From the IMG/VR virus record IMGVR_UViG_3300025875_000027, positions 1 to 57,294 of that record: a stretch of DNA of 57,294 bases. One strand, written 5' to 3'. Numbering within the stretch: the first letter of the stretch is position 1; each line of letters begins with the position of its first letter. The notes beneath the pieces were generated by a model. That model worked only from the letters and a program-made list of their open reading frames with translations, was not told the origin of the DNA and made no database searches. Of the stretch, positions 27,857-37,996 are shown piece by piece. The DNA comes from a virus (Duplodnaviria; Caudoviricetes). The translations under genes and the position numbers were made by a program.

Positions 27857-28767
27857 CCGACCTGGAGCCCTTCCAGTTCGAGCTGGAGGGCGTCGTCTTC
27901 GGCATCGACACGCCCTTCTTCACGAAGGACGACGGCTTCGCCCCTGGTGGCATGTCCTGGCGCACCCAGAGCCAGGACATGCCCACCGACGGAGCCCGCC
28001 TGTTCGGCAAGGACCGGCAGGCGGCGCCAACGTGGAGCTGGAGCCTCTACACGGACGGGGAGGATGTCGAGTCTGCCCTGCGGCACCTGTCGCAGCTGCA
28101 GAAGGCGTGGCGGGCCGGGCGCATCCGCGAGCGGGCCGGCGAGGTCGTCGAGCTCCGCTACTGCCTCGTGAAAGGCGTGACCCGTCGGATCTCCGGTCGC
28201 CCGGGTAGCTTCTCTGCGCCCATGAGCAACCTCCTGCTCAACGGGGTCGCTGCCATCACGGCCGACTTCGACTGCTCAGACGGGCTGACTTACTCCGAGC
28301 ACGAGGAGAGCGTCAAGCTGACCCTCACCGCGGAGACCAGTGACGAAGGCTTCATGGTCCACGAGGACGGCTTCGACGTCCCGATCGAACTCGCCGCGGC
28401 CGAGGGGCAGCGCACCAGCCGGATCATCGTGGGCGGCGACGAGCCCACGTGGTGCACCATCACCTTCAAGGGGCCCGTCTACCGCCCCGGTCTATCCATC
28501 GACGAGGGTGTCTGGAAGTTCATGCTCGACGGCACGCTGGCCTACGACAGGTCCGCTACCCTGGACACCCGTCCCTGGAGGCGAACGATCCTGCTCGACG
28601 GGGGGGCGTCAGTGGGTGGCTGGTATCGCGGCCCGAAGATGGCCAAGATCCTGCTGGAACCGGGAGCGCACGATCTCACCTTCACCGGGGATGATCCGAC
28701 CAACACCGCTACGTGCACGGTAACCTGGCCGACGGCGAGCGGATCACTGCAGGAGGTGGCGGGATGA
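27853..28767 (+). CDS. distal tail / minor tail protein
   Basis: Follows the tape measure; ITFKGPV..P, LEPGAH. Confidence 0.8.
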   Translation: MTDLEPFQFELEGVVFGIDTPFFTKDDGFAPGGMSWRTQSQDMPTDGARLFGKDRQAAPTWSWSLYTDGEDVESALRHLSQLQKAWRAGRIRERAGEVVELRYCLVKGVTRRISGRPGSFSAPMSNLLLNGVAAITADFDCSDGLTYSEHEESVKLTLTAETSDEGFMVHEDGFDVPIELAAAEGQRTSRIIVGGDEPTWCTITFKGPVYRPGLSIDEGVWKFMLDGTLAYDRSATLDTRPWRRTILLDGGASVGGWYRGPKMAKILLEPGAHDLTFTGDDPTNTATCTVTWPTASGSLQEVAG

Positions 28768-29738
28768 CGAACTGGGACAACTCGACGTGGATGGTCCGCG
28801 GCAAGCGGCACGCCGCCGAGGTCGGGCGGCTCGTCGCCTACGTGGCCAGCCAGGGTGGTGAGGGGATCATCCTTGGCGGCGACCTGAAGCCGCGCCCTCG
28901 CGCCCAGGCCGGCGCGGGGATCACCCTGGACCCCGGTGCGCTAGTGGTCCGCAACCGCTTCAGCAACGCCGGGGGCGCCCAGAGCTACTACGGTCGACTC
29001 CCGATCCTCGAAGACGTCCCGATCCGTCCCACGAGCTCCACGGGCGGCCGGAGCGACCTCGTGGTCGGCGAGGTCATCGACCCCCAGTACGTCGGCGACC
29101 CCGTGGCCGACATGGTCAGCTTCCAGCCCATGGTCACCTCGGTGATCGAGGGCGTATCGCTGGCCATCACGAAGGCCAGTCAGCTCGGGCTCCCCCGCTC
29201 GATGACCGAAATCTGCCGAGTCGACCAGCAGGCCAGCAACAGCCAGATCGGCAACGGACCCGGCGGCACGATCGTCGACCTCCGGAAGCTGGCCAACGCG
29301 CGCAACCACCCCGAGCATGCAGCTGCATCGGACCTCAACGTCGACCACGTCAAGGCCGCCGCACCGAGCTTCCGGCAGTTCAGCGGCTTCGCCCCCCAGT
29401 TCTTCGTTCCCGAGTGGGCCAGCCAGGTCACCATCAAGACCACGATGTCTCAGGCCATCAACTACTCGGGCGAGACCGTCGGCAGCTTCAACAACGTCAT
29501 CGGCGCGGGTTCCCAGCGCGTCTTCGGTCCTCCGGTGATCTGGGACGAGAAGGACCCCGTGACCTCCGACGGCATCCGGCACACCTACATCATCCCGAGC
29601 ATCAACCTCGACTGCCGCAAGTTCGCCGGCACCGTCCAGCCCGTCGCGCTCTGGGCCGAGACCGGGATCGGGGTTCTGTCGATGAGGAGCTGGGCTCAGC
29701 TTCTCATCGAGGTCGTCTTCCACGAACGCGTCGTCTGA
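28764..29738 (+). CDS. minor tail protein
   Basis: GGRSDLVV..DPQY; synteny. Confidence 0.75.
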   Translation: MTNWDNSTWMVRGKRHAAEVGRLVAYVASQGGEGIILGGDLKPRPRAQAGAGITLDPGALVVRNRFSNAGGAQSYYGRLPILEDVPIRPTSSTGGRSDLVVGEVIDPQYVGDPVADMVSFQPMVTSVIEGVSLAITKASQLGLPRSMTEICRVDQQASNSQIGNGPGGTIVDLRKLANARNHPEHAAASDLNVDHVKAAAPSFRQFSGFAPQFFVPEWASQVTIKTTMSQAINYSGETVGSFNNVIGAGSQRVFGPPVIWDEKDPVTSDGIRHTYIIPSINLDCRKFAGTVQPVALWAETGIGVLSMRSWAQLLIEVVFHERVV

Positions 29739-30886
29739 TGCCCGGGTCGTCCTGGCGCTACATCGCGCAACGGATCGACGGCGAGGGTCCCGGCGTCTAC
29801 CTCGACTGGGACGTCCCGTTGTTCGACGTGCAGCACACCGACGTGCTGTCCGGCCCCTGCCAGCTGAACGCCAGCATCCCGGTGGAGATCGGTCGCCTGA
29901 AGGCCGAGGATGGCCGGCCTCTCCTGGACGAGTGGGGCACGATCATCCTGGCCGAGGTCGATGGGCGGCTCGAAGACGGTGGCGCCTTCATCGTGGTCAA
30001 CTCAGAGTTCGCTGGGCCCGACTGGAGCCTGAGCTGTCTGGGCTTCAGCACGTACCCTAAGGGCATGCCGTACACCGAGAGCTGGTACGGCGTAGGGGTC
30101 GACCCCCTTGATGTCTACCGACGTATCTGGAGCCACCTGCAGGCGCAGCCTGGCGGGAACCTCGGCGTGGTCCTGGACGGCACGACATCCCCGGTGCGCA
30201 TCGGCACCCAGCTGGAGAACGTCCAGTTCCAGACGCAGGCTGGTCAGATGGTCGCCTTCGAGGCGGGACCCAAGAAGCTGGCCTGGTACGTCACCGACGA
30301 CCTCGGCAACGAGCAGGACAGCCTCGCCAAGGACACCCCGTTCGACTACCACGAGAAGACGACCTGGCTGGACAAGGACGCCGGGACGTTCGAGATGCGG
30401 ATCGAGCTGGAGTACCCACGCCGCGGCCGACGCCTGGACAACCGCTTCGCCGTCGGCGAGAACATCCACCAGACGCCCACCGTGAGCCGCACGGGCGACG
30501 ACTACGCCAACGGCGTCATGGTGCTCGGGGCCGGCGAGGGTCGCGACATGGTGCACACCCTCGTCCAGGGGCCGCGCAGAGGTCGCTTGCGCCGCGTGGC
30601 CACCGTCTCGGACAAGGAGTGCAACACTCTGGCCAAGGCAACCGCTCGGGCCAACCGGGAGCTGGCCAGCCGTCTGCTCATCGAGGACGTCACGCAGGTC
30701 GTCATCAGCGACCACCCCCACGCCCCGCGAGGCTCCTACCGTGTGGGCGACGAGATCCTCATCGTCATCGAGGACGACTGGGTCTCGGCTACTCTGTGGT
30801 TCCGCATCCTGGCCATCGGCTCGACCCCTGACGGCAGCAGCGACGCCACGGTGACCATCAAGCGCTCGGACAAGGCGGCGGCATGA
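29738..30886 (+). CDS. minor tail / baseplate hub protein
   Basis: LSGP, YANGV.VLGAGEG, GSYRVGDEI. Confidence 0.8.
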   Translation: MPGSSWRYIAQRIDGEGPGVYLDWDVPLFDVQHTDVLSGPCQLNASIPVEIGRLKAEDGRPLLDEWGTIILAEVDGRLEDGGAFIVVNSEFAGPDWSLSCLGFSTYPKGMPYTESWYGVGVDPLDVYRRIWSHLQAQPGGNLGVVLDGTTSPVRIGTQLENVQFQTQAGQMVAFEAGPKKLAWYVTDDLGNEQDSLAKDTPFDYHEKTTWLDKDAGTFEMRIELEYPRRGRRLDNRFAVGENIHQTPTVSRTGDDYANGVMVLGAGEGRDMVHTLVQGPRRGRLRRVATVSDKECNTLAKATARANRELASRLLIEDVTQVVISDHPHAPRGSYRVGDEILIVIEDDWVSATLWFRILAIGSTPDGSSDATVTIKRSDKAAA

Positions 30887-33030
30887 GCGACCTTAAGCAG
30901 CTCGGTCGAGACATCGCCAAGCTCCGCAAGGCTGAGCGCGCGCGCACCCCCCAGCTGCCCCACACGGCACTGGAGGACGCGGCGTTCAACGCCTACGTTC
31001 TCGTGCCGAACCCGAACGATCCGAGCGAACTCCTGCCCCAGCTGGGCGCAGTTATCGGCCGGCAGTTCGACGGCTCGATCATGGCTCAGACCGTAAGTGG
31101 GCCCGTGCCTCCGGTCCCTCTCGTGGCCAACGTGCAGCCCGCGGTCGGGGGCCTCGACATCGAGGTGACCGGCTTGTTCGTCGGCGGTGAATCCGTGGTC
31201 GCCCCGAGTGACTTCGCTCGCTTCGAGATCCACGTCTCCACAGACCCCTCCTACGCCTCGGTGCTGCCGCCGGCCACAACGATCGAGACCCCTCGCGGCG
31301 GCCACGCGCTCGTCGCCGTGGCACCGGGGAGCTACTACGTCTGGGTGCGCACCCGGACGCTGTCGGGCAAGCTGTCTGCGCCCAGCGCGGTGGCTGGCCC
31401 CGTCTCCCCTGCGTCGGCAGGCAGCACCGCGAACAGCACGATCCCCGGCGTCCCGATCTGGCAGTCCCCGTTCCTGCACTCCACCTACGAGGGTGGCGGT
31501 GCCGTCCGCGCCCAGGTGCAGCTGGACTGGCTGGAGCCCCAGAACACCGACGGCTCCATCATCGACGACCTCGCCTTCTGGGAGATCCGCTACCGGATCG
31601 TGGCCATCCCGATCCTCCGCAGCGCCAGCCATGTCGAGATGTCTGCCTTCAGTCACCAGGACCTCCTGACCCACCGCAGCCCACTGCCTGGCGGGCCGAC
31701 AACGGTGAGCTCCTGGCAGTACGCCCGCGTGGCCCTTGACGTCACCTCGACGCTCCTGCAGGGCCTGGACCCCAGCACGCAGTACGAGTTCCAGGTCCGC
31801 GGCGTGGACACGGGAATCCCCCCGAACATGGGCGGCTGGTCGCTGCCCGCCACGCTGGTGACCAGCGCCGGTCTGTCGACGCCGAGCACGCCGGCGCCCC
31901 CGCAGGTGGCGGGCAACCCCCTCGCCATCATGGTGCAGCACACTCTCGGGCGTGCCGAGGGCGGCACCTTCAACCTTCCGCTCGACCTGCACCACCTCGA
32001 AGTGCATGCCGAGTACGAGCCGCTGTTCATCCCCGTCTCTCGACCACCGACCGACGGTGGGACGATGATCGGCAAGCTCATGATCGGTGCCGGTCTGATC
32101 AACGGACAGATCCCCGCGATCGGCAGCTTCAGTATCGCCAACGCGGGTGAGGTGTTCGTCAAGGTCGTCGCAGTCAACAATGCCGGCAAGAGGTCATCTG
32201 CATCTGAGCCCACCAAGGCCAGCGCCACCCTCGTCGACAGTGCGCACATCTCCGAACTTTCTGCCACGAAGATCACTGCTGGAACCATCCGATCCATTGT
32301 CACCATTTCGGGATCGTTTCGCACGGGTACCACGGCAGGTACGAACCGTTCGTACATGACCGGAGATAATGGCTTCTACTGTTACAACGACAAGGATGAG
32401 TTGACCTTCTGGGCGGGTGGCCCAAATGGCTATACCACCATTCGTGGTCGACTGGAAACTGGAGGACCGAACCAGGCGCGCATCGTCATTGATCCAGAGA
32501 AGAATGAGCAACGGTTCTATCCCGTCGCCGGTAGCAATCAGTTTTTCTGGCTCAAGGCTGTCTATGTTGACCAGCCCGATGATCCCACCGACGCGCCCGG
32601 CATGGAGCTGGCGGGCTTCAATGGGGAGTGGGGGCGAGTCGGCGGCAACTTGATGATGACCGAGGATGCTATTACTCTCGGAATCCGCAAGGACACCGGC
32701 AACTCCGACGACGGCGAGTGGGCTGGTTACCACTCCATCGACTCGAATGGAGTGCATCGCTTCCGGGGCATGTTCGACGCCTCGGATGCTGCTGGCGGTC
32801 AAGGCGCTCTGTTCGTCGATCGCTGGGATGTTGCTGCGGGGTTTGGATCTCTCAACATCAACTATGGTGCGACGATGGTAACTCGCATGGTCACCATTGC
32901 TACGATTTACGATGGCTTCGGCCCTCCTGACGCCTGGGCCATCACCAGAGAGTGGAATGCTGGATTCACGGTGGCCTACACCAACGCTCGGGCCGTTCGA
33001 GTCAACTACATCGCAATGCGGATTCCGTGA
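30883..33030 (+). CDS. minor tail protein with fibronectin-III-like domains (central fibre / RBP candidate)
   Basis: LQGLDPSTQYEFQVRGVD, VKVVAVNNAGKRS, KITAGTI. Confidence 0.8.
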   Translation: MSDLKQLGRDIAKLRKAERARTPQLPHTALEDAAFNAYVLVPNPNDPSELLPQLGAVIGRQFDGSIMAQTVSGPVPPVPLVANVQPAVGGLDIEVTGLFVGGESVVAPSDFARFEIHVSTDPSYASVLPPATTIETPRGGHALVAVAPGSYYVWVRTRTLSGKLSAPSAVAGPVSPASAGSTANSTIPGVPIWQSPFLHSTYEGGGAVRAQVQLDWLEPQNTDGSIIDDLAFWEIRYRIVAIPILRSASHVEMSAFSHQDLLTHRSPLPGGPTTVSSWQYARVALDVTSTLLQGLDPSTQYEFQVRGVDTGIPPNMGGWSLPATLVTSAGLSTPSTPAPPQVAGNPLAIMVQHTLGRAEGGTFNLPLDLHHLEVHAEYEPLFIPVSRPPTDGGTMIGKLMIGAGLINGQIPAIGSFSIANAGEVFVKVVAVNNAGKRSSASEPTKASATLVDSAHISELSATKITAGTIRSIVTISGSFRTGTTAGTNRSYMTGDNGFYCYNDKDELTFWAGGPNGYTTIRGRLETGGPNQARIVIDPEKNEQRFYPVAGSNQFFWLKAVYVDQPDDPTDAPGMELAGFNGEWGRVGGNLMMTEDAITLGIRKDTGNSDDGEWAGYHSIDSNGVHRFRGMFDASDAAGGQGALFVDRWDVAAGFGSLNINYGATMVTRMVTIATIYDGFGPPDAWAITREWNAGFTVAYTNARAVRVNYIAMRIP

Positions 33031-33039
33031 GAGGGTGAC

Positions 33040-33681
33040 ATGGACATCACCGTGCTGAACGCTGAGCTATGCGAGAACCCGAACGGCTCGCAGGCGTGGG
33101 TGCTCGCGCTCGACGTGACCGATGCGAGCACGGGGGTTACCACGCGCACCGCGATGGTCGTGCCCACTGATGCACTGGAGTGGCGCATCGCCGAGTACGA
33201 GCTTGACGACTTGGAAGACGACGAGGTCTGGGAGATGATCCTCCGGGAGCCCTTTTCGGCGTTGCCCAAGATGGATGACGAAGCCGGCCTGGCTCTCGCG
33301 CCCACCATCGCCGAGGCGCGTGACGTCTACGTGGGCCAGATCCGCGCCAGCAAGGGCAAGGGGCAGTTGAGGCGAGCGAAGAAGACCCCGACCAAGCCTG
33401 CAGGTAAGGGTGCCAAGGTCAAGGTCGAGGAGCCGGAGGTGTTCGAGCGGGTCAAGGCGGCCGGCAACGGCCTCACTGTCATCGTCGACAGCGACGGGAA
33501 CGATCCCATCGAGCTGATGAAGAAGCACTGCCCCCGTCGGGCCGAGCACGTTGACGCACGTCGTACCATCGTCACGCGCGAGCGCGAACGTGCGACAGTT
33601 CGACGAACTCGCCGTGGTCCAGCTCGTGACGACGTCATCCTGAGCGAAGCTCGTCGCATCAAGGACAGGAAGAAGGACTGA
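33040..33681 (+). CDS. hypothetical protein (tail-associated)
   Basis: SD; DALEWRIAEY..ILRE. Confidence 0.7.
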   Translation: MDITVLNAELCENPNGSQAWVLALDVTDASTGVTTRTAMVVPTDALEWRIAEYELDDLEDDEVWEMILREPFSALPKMDDEAGLALAPTIAEARDVYVGQIRASKGKGQLRRAKKTPTKPAGKGAKVKVEEPEVFERVKAAGNGLTVIVDSDGNDPIELMKKHCPRRAEHVDARRTIVTRERERATVRRTRRGPARDDVILSEARRIKDRKKD

Positions 33682-34649
33682 TGTCGATCACCAGTAGTCG
33701 TGCGCGACTCGTCAAGCCCGCGCCCGAGGAGGACTACGACGTTGGCGTGGTCAACGCCAACACCGACCTCATCGACCGAGCGCTGGGCGCTGTGCGATCG
33801 ACGTCGACCACGCGGCCCTCGCAGCCGTTCGACGGCATGCTCACCCGCGACTCCGAGACCGGCCAGTTGCTCTGGTGGGACGTAACTGTTACTGGCGGTG
33901 GTGACTGGCGCCCGGCGGGCGGCAACATCACTCTTGCCACCAGTGCGACGCGTCCCACCGGGGTCGCACGTCGTTCCGACCTCATGGTCTTCGAGGTCGA
34001 CACCAAGCGCATGATCTGGTGGGACGGTGCCATCTGGCGCTACGTGGGCGACCGCGTGACGGTGGCAGTCGAAGCAGACCTGTCCACCGTAGTCGCCCCC
34101 TACTCCGCACTGGTCGCCTACGTCACGGCTACCAACTGCTTCTATCGTTGGGTGCGCGACACGCTGTGGGTGCCCTATCAGGATGCGGGCGGAGGGATCG
34201 CGCCGTCCACCCGCTCCGACTGTCACTACATCTCCTCGGTCGGTCAGGCCATCCCGAACCAGACGAACCGCTACCTGGCGTTCGGTGTCGCCGATCGGGA
34301 GACCGACATCGTCAAGCGCGAGATCGACGAGTCCGGGATCGGCCACAAGTTCACGCTGAACAGGGCGGGCATCTGGGCAATCACTGCCATGTACCGCTGG
34401 TCTCCGATCGCTGCCACCGGGGCAAGGTACGGCGCCCTGACGCTCAACGGTGCCAACGGAGATCCACTGGCGGCCGACGACAACGAGCCGCCAGCCAACT
34501 ACACCGGCAACGTCACCCTCACCGTGGGCACGACGCGCTTCCTGTCGGCCGGCGCGGTGATCCGCGCGCTCTGCTACCAGGACACGGGCAGCGAGCTCCA
34601 GATGGTGGCCGGCTGGACGAAGTTCTCCGCAGTCTGGCTCCGGGCGTAG
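33681..34649 (+). CDS. minor tail protein
   Basis: LVKPAP..NANTDLID, TSATRP repeats, WDG..W. Confidence 0.75.
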   Translation: MSITSSRARLVKPAPEEDYDVGVVNANTDLIDRALGAVRSTSTTRPSQPFDGMLTRDSETGQLLWWDVTVTGGGDWRPAGGNITLATSATRPTGVARRSDLMVFEVDTKRMIWWDGAIWRYVGDRVTVAVEADLSTVVAPYSALVAYVTATNCFYRWVRDTLWVPYQDAGGGIAPSTRSDCHYISSVGQAIPNQTNRYLAFGVADRETDIVKREIDESGIGHKFTLNRAGIWAITAMYRWSPIAATGARYGALTLNGANGDPLAADDNEPPANYTGNVTLTVGTTRFLSAGAVIRALCYQDTGSELQMVAGWTKFSAVWLRA

Positions 34650-34684
34650 TGTAGGCTGAGCGATACCATAGCGAAGGGATCGCC

Positions 34685-35035
34685 ATGCTCGCCCCCTACA
34701 GCAGGTCAGCCGGGGTGGACCCGTCCGACGAGACGCTCGATGCCACCAAGGCACACGTCCGTGACCACCTGGCGTCGATCGCCGACAGCGACGACGATCC
34801 GACCACGCACGCCGAAGACGTCAACGTGTACGCCGTGCGCAACCCTGACACCGGCGAGGTCGTCGTGCACGGCACGCTCGATGCCGAGCCGCAGGCACCC
34901 TACCTGCGCCCCGACTACGACCCCGACGCCGAAGAGCGCCCGAGCTGGGTAGCCTGGACACCGGCCGACGACGACGCCAAGCTCGACGAGATCGACGCCG
35001 AGCTCAACAACATGCTGGGGAGGCTGGAGCCGTGA
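34685..35035 (+). CDS. acidic hypothetical protein
   Basis: GAAGGG SD; coupled to the lysin. Confidence 0.7.
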   Translation: MLAPYSRSAGVDPSDETLDATKAHVRDHLASIADSDDDPTTHAEDVNVYAVRNPDTGEVVVHGTLDAEPQAPYLRPDYDPDAEERPSWVAWTPADDDAKLDEIDAELNNMLGRLEP

Positions 35036-36135
35036 GCGTCGTCTTCGCCAAGGCCGTCGCCGAGGGCCTGCGGCGCTACGGCGTGCCCGTCAGTTTCGAG
35101 CCCGACCACGAGATCCGCGGGAACGGTCAGACCTCGAACTACTCGGGCCTCTCCGTGCACCACACGGGAGGCGGCAGACTGAACACCCGTACCAACGATC
35201 TCGTCAACGGTCGAGTCTCCCCGCCGCTGGGCGGGCCGCTGTGCAACAGCGCCGGCTTCGACAACGGCGGCATCCACATCATCGCAGACCACCCGGCGAA
35301 CCACGCCGGCGCCTCGGGCGGTCGTTCGATGGGGCCGCTGCCGACCACGGGGCTGTTCAACAAGCTCATGTGGGGCCACGAGATCATGTACCCCGGATCG
35401 TCTCCCATGAGCGACGCGGCGTACCGCAGCGCCCAGATCCTGGGCAAGGTCATCAGCGACATCCTGGGCCGCCCGAGCCCCGAGTGGGTGCGGGCACACA
35501 TGGAGACCAGCATCACCGGCAAGTGGGACCCCGGCTACGCACCGGGCAAGACCATCGACATGGCCGCGTTCCGTCGCGGCCTCTGGACCCTCGCGACAGG
35601 AGACATCACCGTGGCGCAGATCGACGACGTCCTCGTCAAGCTCGACACCCTCATCGCCAAGATGAACCGCAGCGTCGACATGGGCGTCCGCGTGCTGGAG
35701 CAGGACATGGGCGGCGACATCCGCCCCGGCGGCAAGCTGGACGAGGAGGGTCGCGGTCACGACCTGTGGGACGGCGTCCCCCTCGACCCCAAGAACCCCG
35801 CCAAGGGCCCGCGGCGCATGACCCACCTCAACATCTCCCGCGAGACCGAGAAGGAGGTCCGGCAGGAACTCCTCGCTGTCCCCGGCACCCACTTCCCGGC
35901 CAAGGACACGGTCGCCGGCTGGGCCCGCACGGGGGCCGCCCAGGCTCAGCGCGGTGCCGATGCTGCGGTGGCCGCCGGCGGCGCCGTCGCGGTCGTCCTG
36001 GAGCGCCTGGGGGCACTGGAGGCCCAGCTGAAGGACCTCCAGGTCGGCACCCCGGCGCCGACCGACGTGGCCGCAGTCGTCGAGGGGGTCAAGGAGCTGC
36101 TCGACGGCACCTCCCTGGCCGTCCACAAGGGCTGA
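35032..36135 (+). CDS. endolysin (N-acetylmuramoyl-L-alanine amidase)
   Basis: VHHTG, LGGPLCN, ANHAG, GHE, AHME..GKWDPG. Confidence 0.88.
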   Translation: MSVVFAKAVAEGLRRYGVPVSFEPDHEIRGNGQTSNYSGLSVHHTGGGRLNTRTNDLVNGRVSPPLGGPLCNSAGFDNGGIHIIADHPANHAGASGGRSMGPLPTTGLFNKLMWGHEIMYPGSSPMSDAAYRSAQILGKVISDILGRPSPEWVRAHMETSITGKWDPGYAPGKTIDMAAFRRGLWTLATGDITVAQIDDVLVKLDTLIAKMNRSVDMGVRVLEQDMGGDIRPGGKLDEEGRGHDLWDGVPLDPKNPAKGPRRMTHLNISRETEKEVRQELLAVPGTHFPAKDTVAGWARTGAAQAQRGADAAVAAGGAVAVVLERLGALEAQLKDLQVGTPAPTDVAAVVEGVKELLDGTSLAVHKG

Positions 36136-36141
36136 AGAGCC

Positions 36142-36363
36142 GTGGCCAGCATGCACGATCCCAGCACCGAGCAGCGCGACGGGACTCCGACAGCCAAGGT
36201 CGCAGCCGGGACCTTGGCGGGCGCGCTGGCCAGCGCCGTCCTGTTCACCGCCGGACGCTTCGACATCCCGATGACCGCCGGCGAAGGGGCGGCGTTCGCC
36301 ACCCTGGCCATGTACTGCGTCGCCTGGTGGAAGCGCAGTCGCCCGGCCGACAACGACAGGTGA
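36142..36363 (+). CDS. holin-like membrane protein
   Basis: PTAKVAAGTLAGALA; two TM segments. Confidence 0.6.
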   Translation: MASMHDPSTEQRDGTPTAKVAAGTLAGALASAVLFTAGRFDIPMTAGEGAAFATLAMYCVAWWKRSRPADNDR

Positions 36364-36370
36364 TCATGGA

Positions 36371-36409
36371 CACAGCGCCTCCCTCGATGCACATGAGGGA
36401 GGCGCTGTG
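36371..36409 (+). terminator. hairpin
   Basis: CACAGCGCCTCCCTC-N9-GAGGGAGGCGCTGTG. Confidence 0.65.
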
Positions 36410-36459
36410 TTGTGCGTGATGTACTCTCGGTTGACCGCTGAGCGAGATGGGGGACCAGG

Positions 36460-36774
36460 GTGCTGACCGATCTGATCGGCGACCTCCCGTTGGCGGATCT
36501 GAGCGGCTGGGGCGCCTTCTTGCTGCTCAGCTTCCTCATCCTGCGCATGGTGCTGAAGGGGGACGTGGTCCCCTCCAAGCAGCACGACGAGGTTCGTGCG
36601 GATCGGGATTCTTACCGTGAGCTGTTCCAGGGACAGCAGGCTGTGAACAACGAGCTGGCTGCGGCCATCAAGGTGGTCATCCCCTTCGTCGAATCCGCTG
36701 ATCATGCGCTACGGTCCATCCAAGCGATGGGAGCTGCAGCCTTCGCTGCGCATGAGGAGAAGACGACGCCGTGA
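36460..36774 (+). CDS. membrane protein (lysis cassette)
   Basis: One TM segment then a coiled coil. Confidence 0.7.
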   Translation: MLTDLIGDLPLADLSGWGAFLLLSFLILRMVLKGDVVPSKQHDEVRADRDSYRELFQGQQAVNNELAAAIKVVIPFVESADHALRSIQAMGAAAFAAHEEKTTP

Positions 36775-36983
36775 GCATCTGGCCCTTTGCGAAGCGCGAG
36801 CCCGCCCAGCCCTCCCAGGAGGCGCAGGCGGCCCGCGTGCGCACCGAAGAGCAGCTGGCCGAGGCTCGTGCGTTGCGCGCTCGCGCAGCGCAGGCCGGCC
36901 GCTCGCTCGATCAGTCCCGAGATGTCAACCACTACGCCATGGCCCTTGCCGGCGTGCTCAGCGAAGGGAGGCGACGAGCGTGA
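36771..36983 (+). CDS. small lysis-cassette protein
   Basis: MSIWPF..NHYA; GTGA coupling. Confidence 0.65.
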   Translation: MSIWPFAKREPAQPSQEAQAARVRTEEQLAEARALRARAAQAGRSLDQSRDVNHYAMALAGVLSEGRRRA

Positions 36984-37336
36984 TCAACGCACTTTCGGTC
37001 ATCCTGTTCGTGATCGGCCTGCTGTCGATCTTCTACCTGCTCTACCGCTACATGCGGTACATGCCCTGGCGGGAGAACGGGATCAGCAAGGCGTTCGTGC
37101 AGATGAAGAGCGCCGTGCTGGCCATCTACCTCTACGCGCTCATCCGCGTGCTCTGGCCGGACTGGGACGGTCGGGCCATCGCACTGGTGCTCTTGATCGG
37201 CTACGCGGACATGGCCATCCTGCGTCAGCTGAAGGTGGTCATCGGCTACCAGGGTGGCTTCAGTCGCCGGAACCCGATCGAGGACGACATCACGGGCCCC
37301 GGCTACGAACCGCGACCCCCGCGCGTCAGCCGGTAG
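36980..37336 (+). CDS. putative holin (3 TM)
   Basis: Hydrophobic helices, PWR motif; GGGAGG SD. Confidence 0.65.
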   Translation: MINALSVILFVIGLLSIFYLLYRYMRYMPWRENGISKAFVQMKSAVLAIYLYALIRVLWPDWDGRAIALVLLIGYADMAILRQLKVVIGYQGGFSRRNPIEDDITGPGYEPRPPRVSR

Positions 37337-37916
37337 CGATGGCCGGCAGGCCCGCCTTCATGCGCTCGAAGGGGTGCTGCAGCACGTAGGCGTAGGCCCG
37401 CCGCGCCATCTCGGGGTCGTTGAGCAGCTTGCGCAGCGAGACGTTGCAGCCCCACTCGTCGTCCGCGCACAGCAGCCCGCGCACCTCGTTGCTCTTGTGG
37501 TCGTGGTCGATGGCCAGCCGCTTCTTCGTCACCCGCCCACAGATGGCACAGCGCCCGCCCTGGAAGGCCAGGAGCTCGTCGCGCTCCTTCGGGGTGATCT
37601 CGTACGTCTTCGCCAGGCGACTCTCATAGCTCGCCCGCGAGTTGCACGCCTTGCACCGACTGCCCGAGACGTAGAACAGCGGGACCCACCACTGGCAGCC
37701 CGAGCACCACCGCTTGCCCGCTGGCCACTCGGGCTGCGGGACCCGCTTCCGCTCAACGTAGCCCTCACGCTCGCTGGCCACCTTCAGCCGATGAGTGGCG
37801 TAACGCACCTGCTCGTCTATCGGCTGGGTCATCAGCCAGTGCCAGATGCACCGCTGGTACTGCCTGAACTTCGGGAGCTCGCAGTCGGGCTGCTTGCAGG
37901 GTTTCTTGGCGGCCAC
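37326..37916 (-). CDS. endonuclease VII-family protein
   Basis: QGGRCAIC..LAIDHDH..VRGLLC..CN. Confidence 0.9.
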   Translation of the reverse strand: MAAKKPCKQPDCELPKFRQYQRCIWHWLMTQPIDEQVRYATHRLKVASEREGYVERKRVPQPEWPAGKRWCSGCQWWVPLFYVSGSRCKACNSRASYESRLAKTYEITPKERDELLAFQGGRCAICGRVTKKRLAIDHDHKSNEVRGLLCADDEWGCNVSLRKLLNDPEMARRAYAYVLQHPFERMKAGLPAIATG

Positions 37917-37943
37917 CGTCAGTCCTCTCGCTGATGTACGGGA

Positions 37944-37979
37944 GCCGCCCCGCAGCTCTGGCGGGAGCTGCGGGGCGGC
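37944..37979 (-). terminator. hairpin
   Basis: GCCGCCCCGCAGCTC...GAGCTGCGGGGCGGC. Confidence 0.6.
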
Positions 37980-37996
37980 GGGGGTGGAGCTGGAGA

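Noticed and set aside
30883-34649. Diversity-generating retroelement acting on tail genes
   Set aside because: No reverse transcriptase and no template/variable repeat pair was seen.
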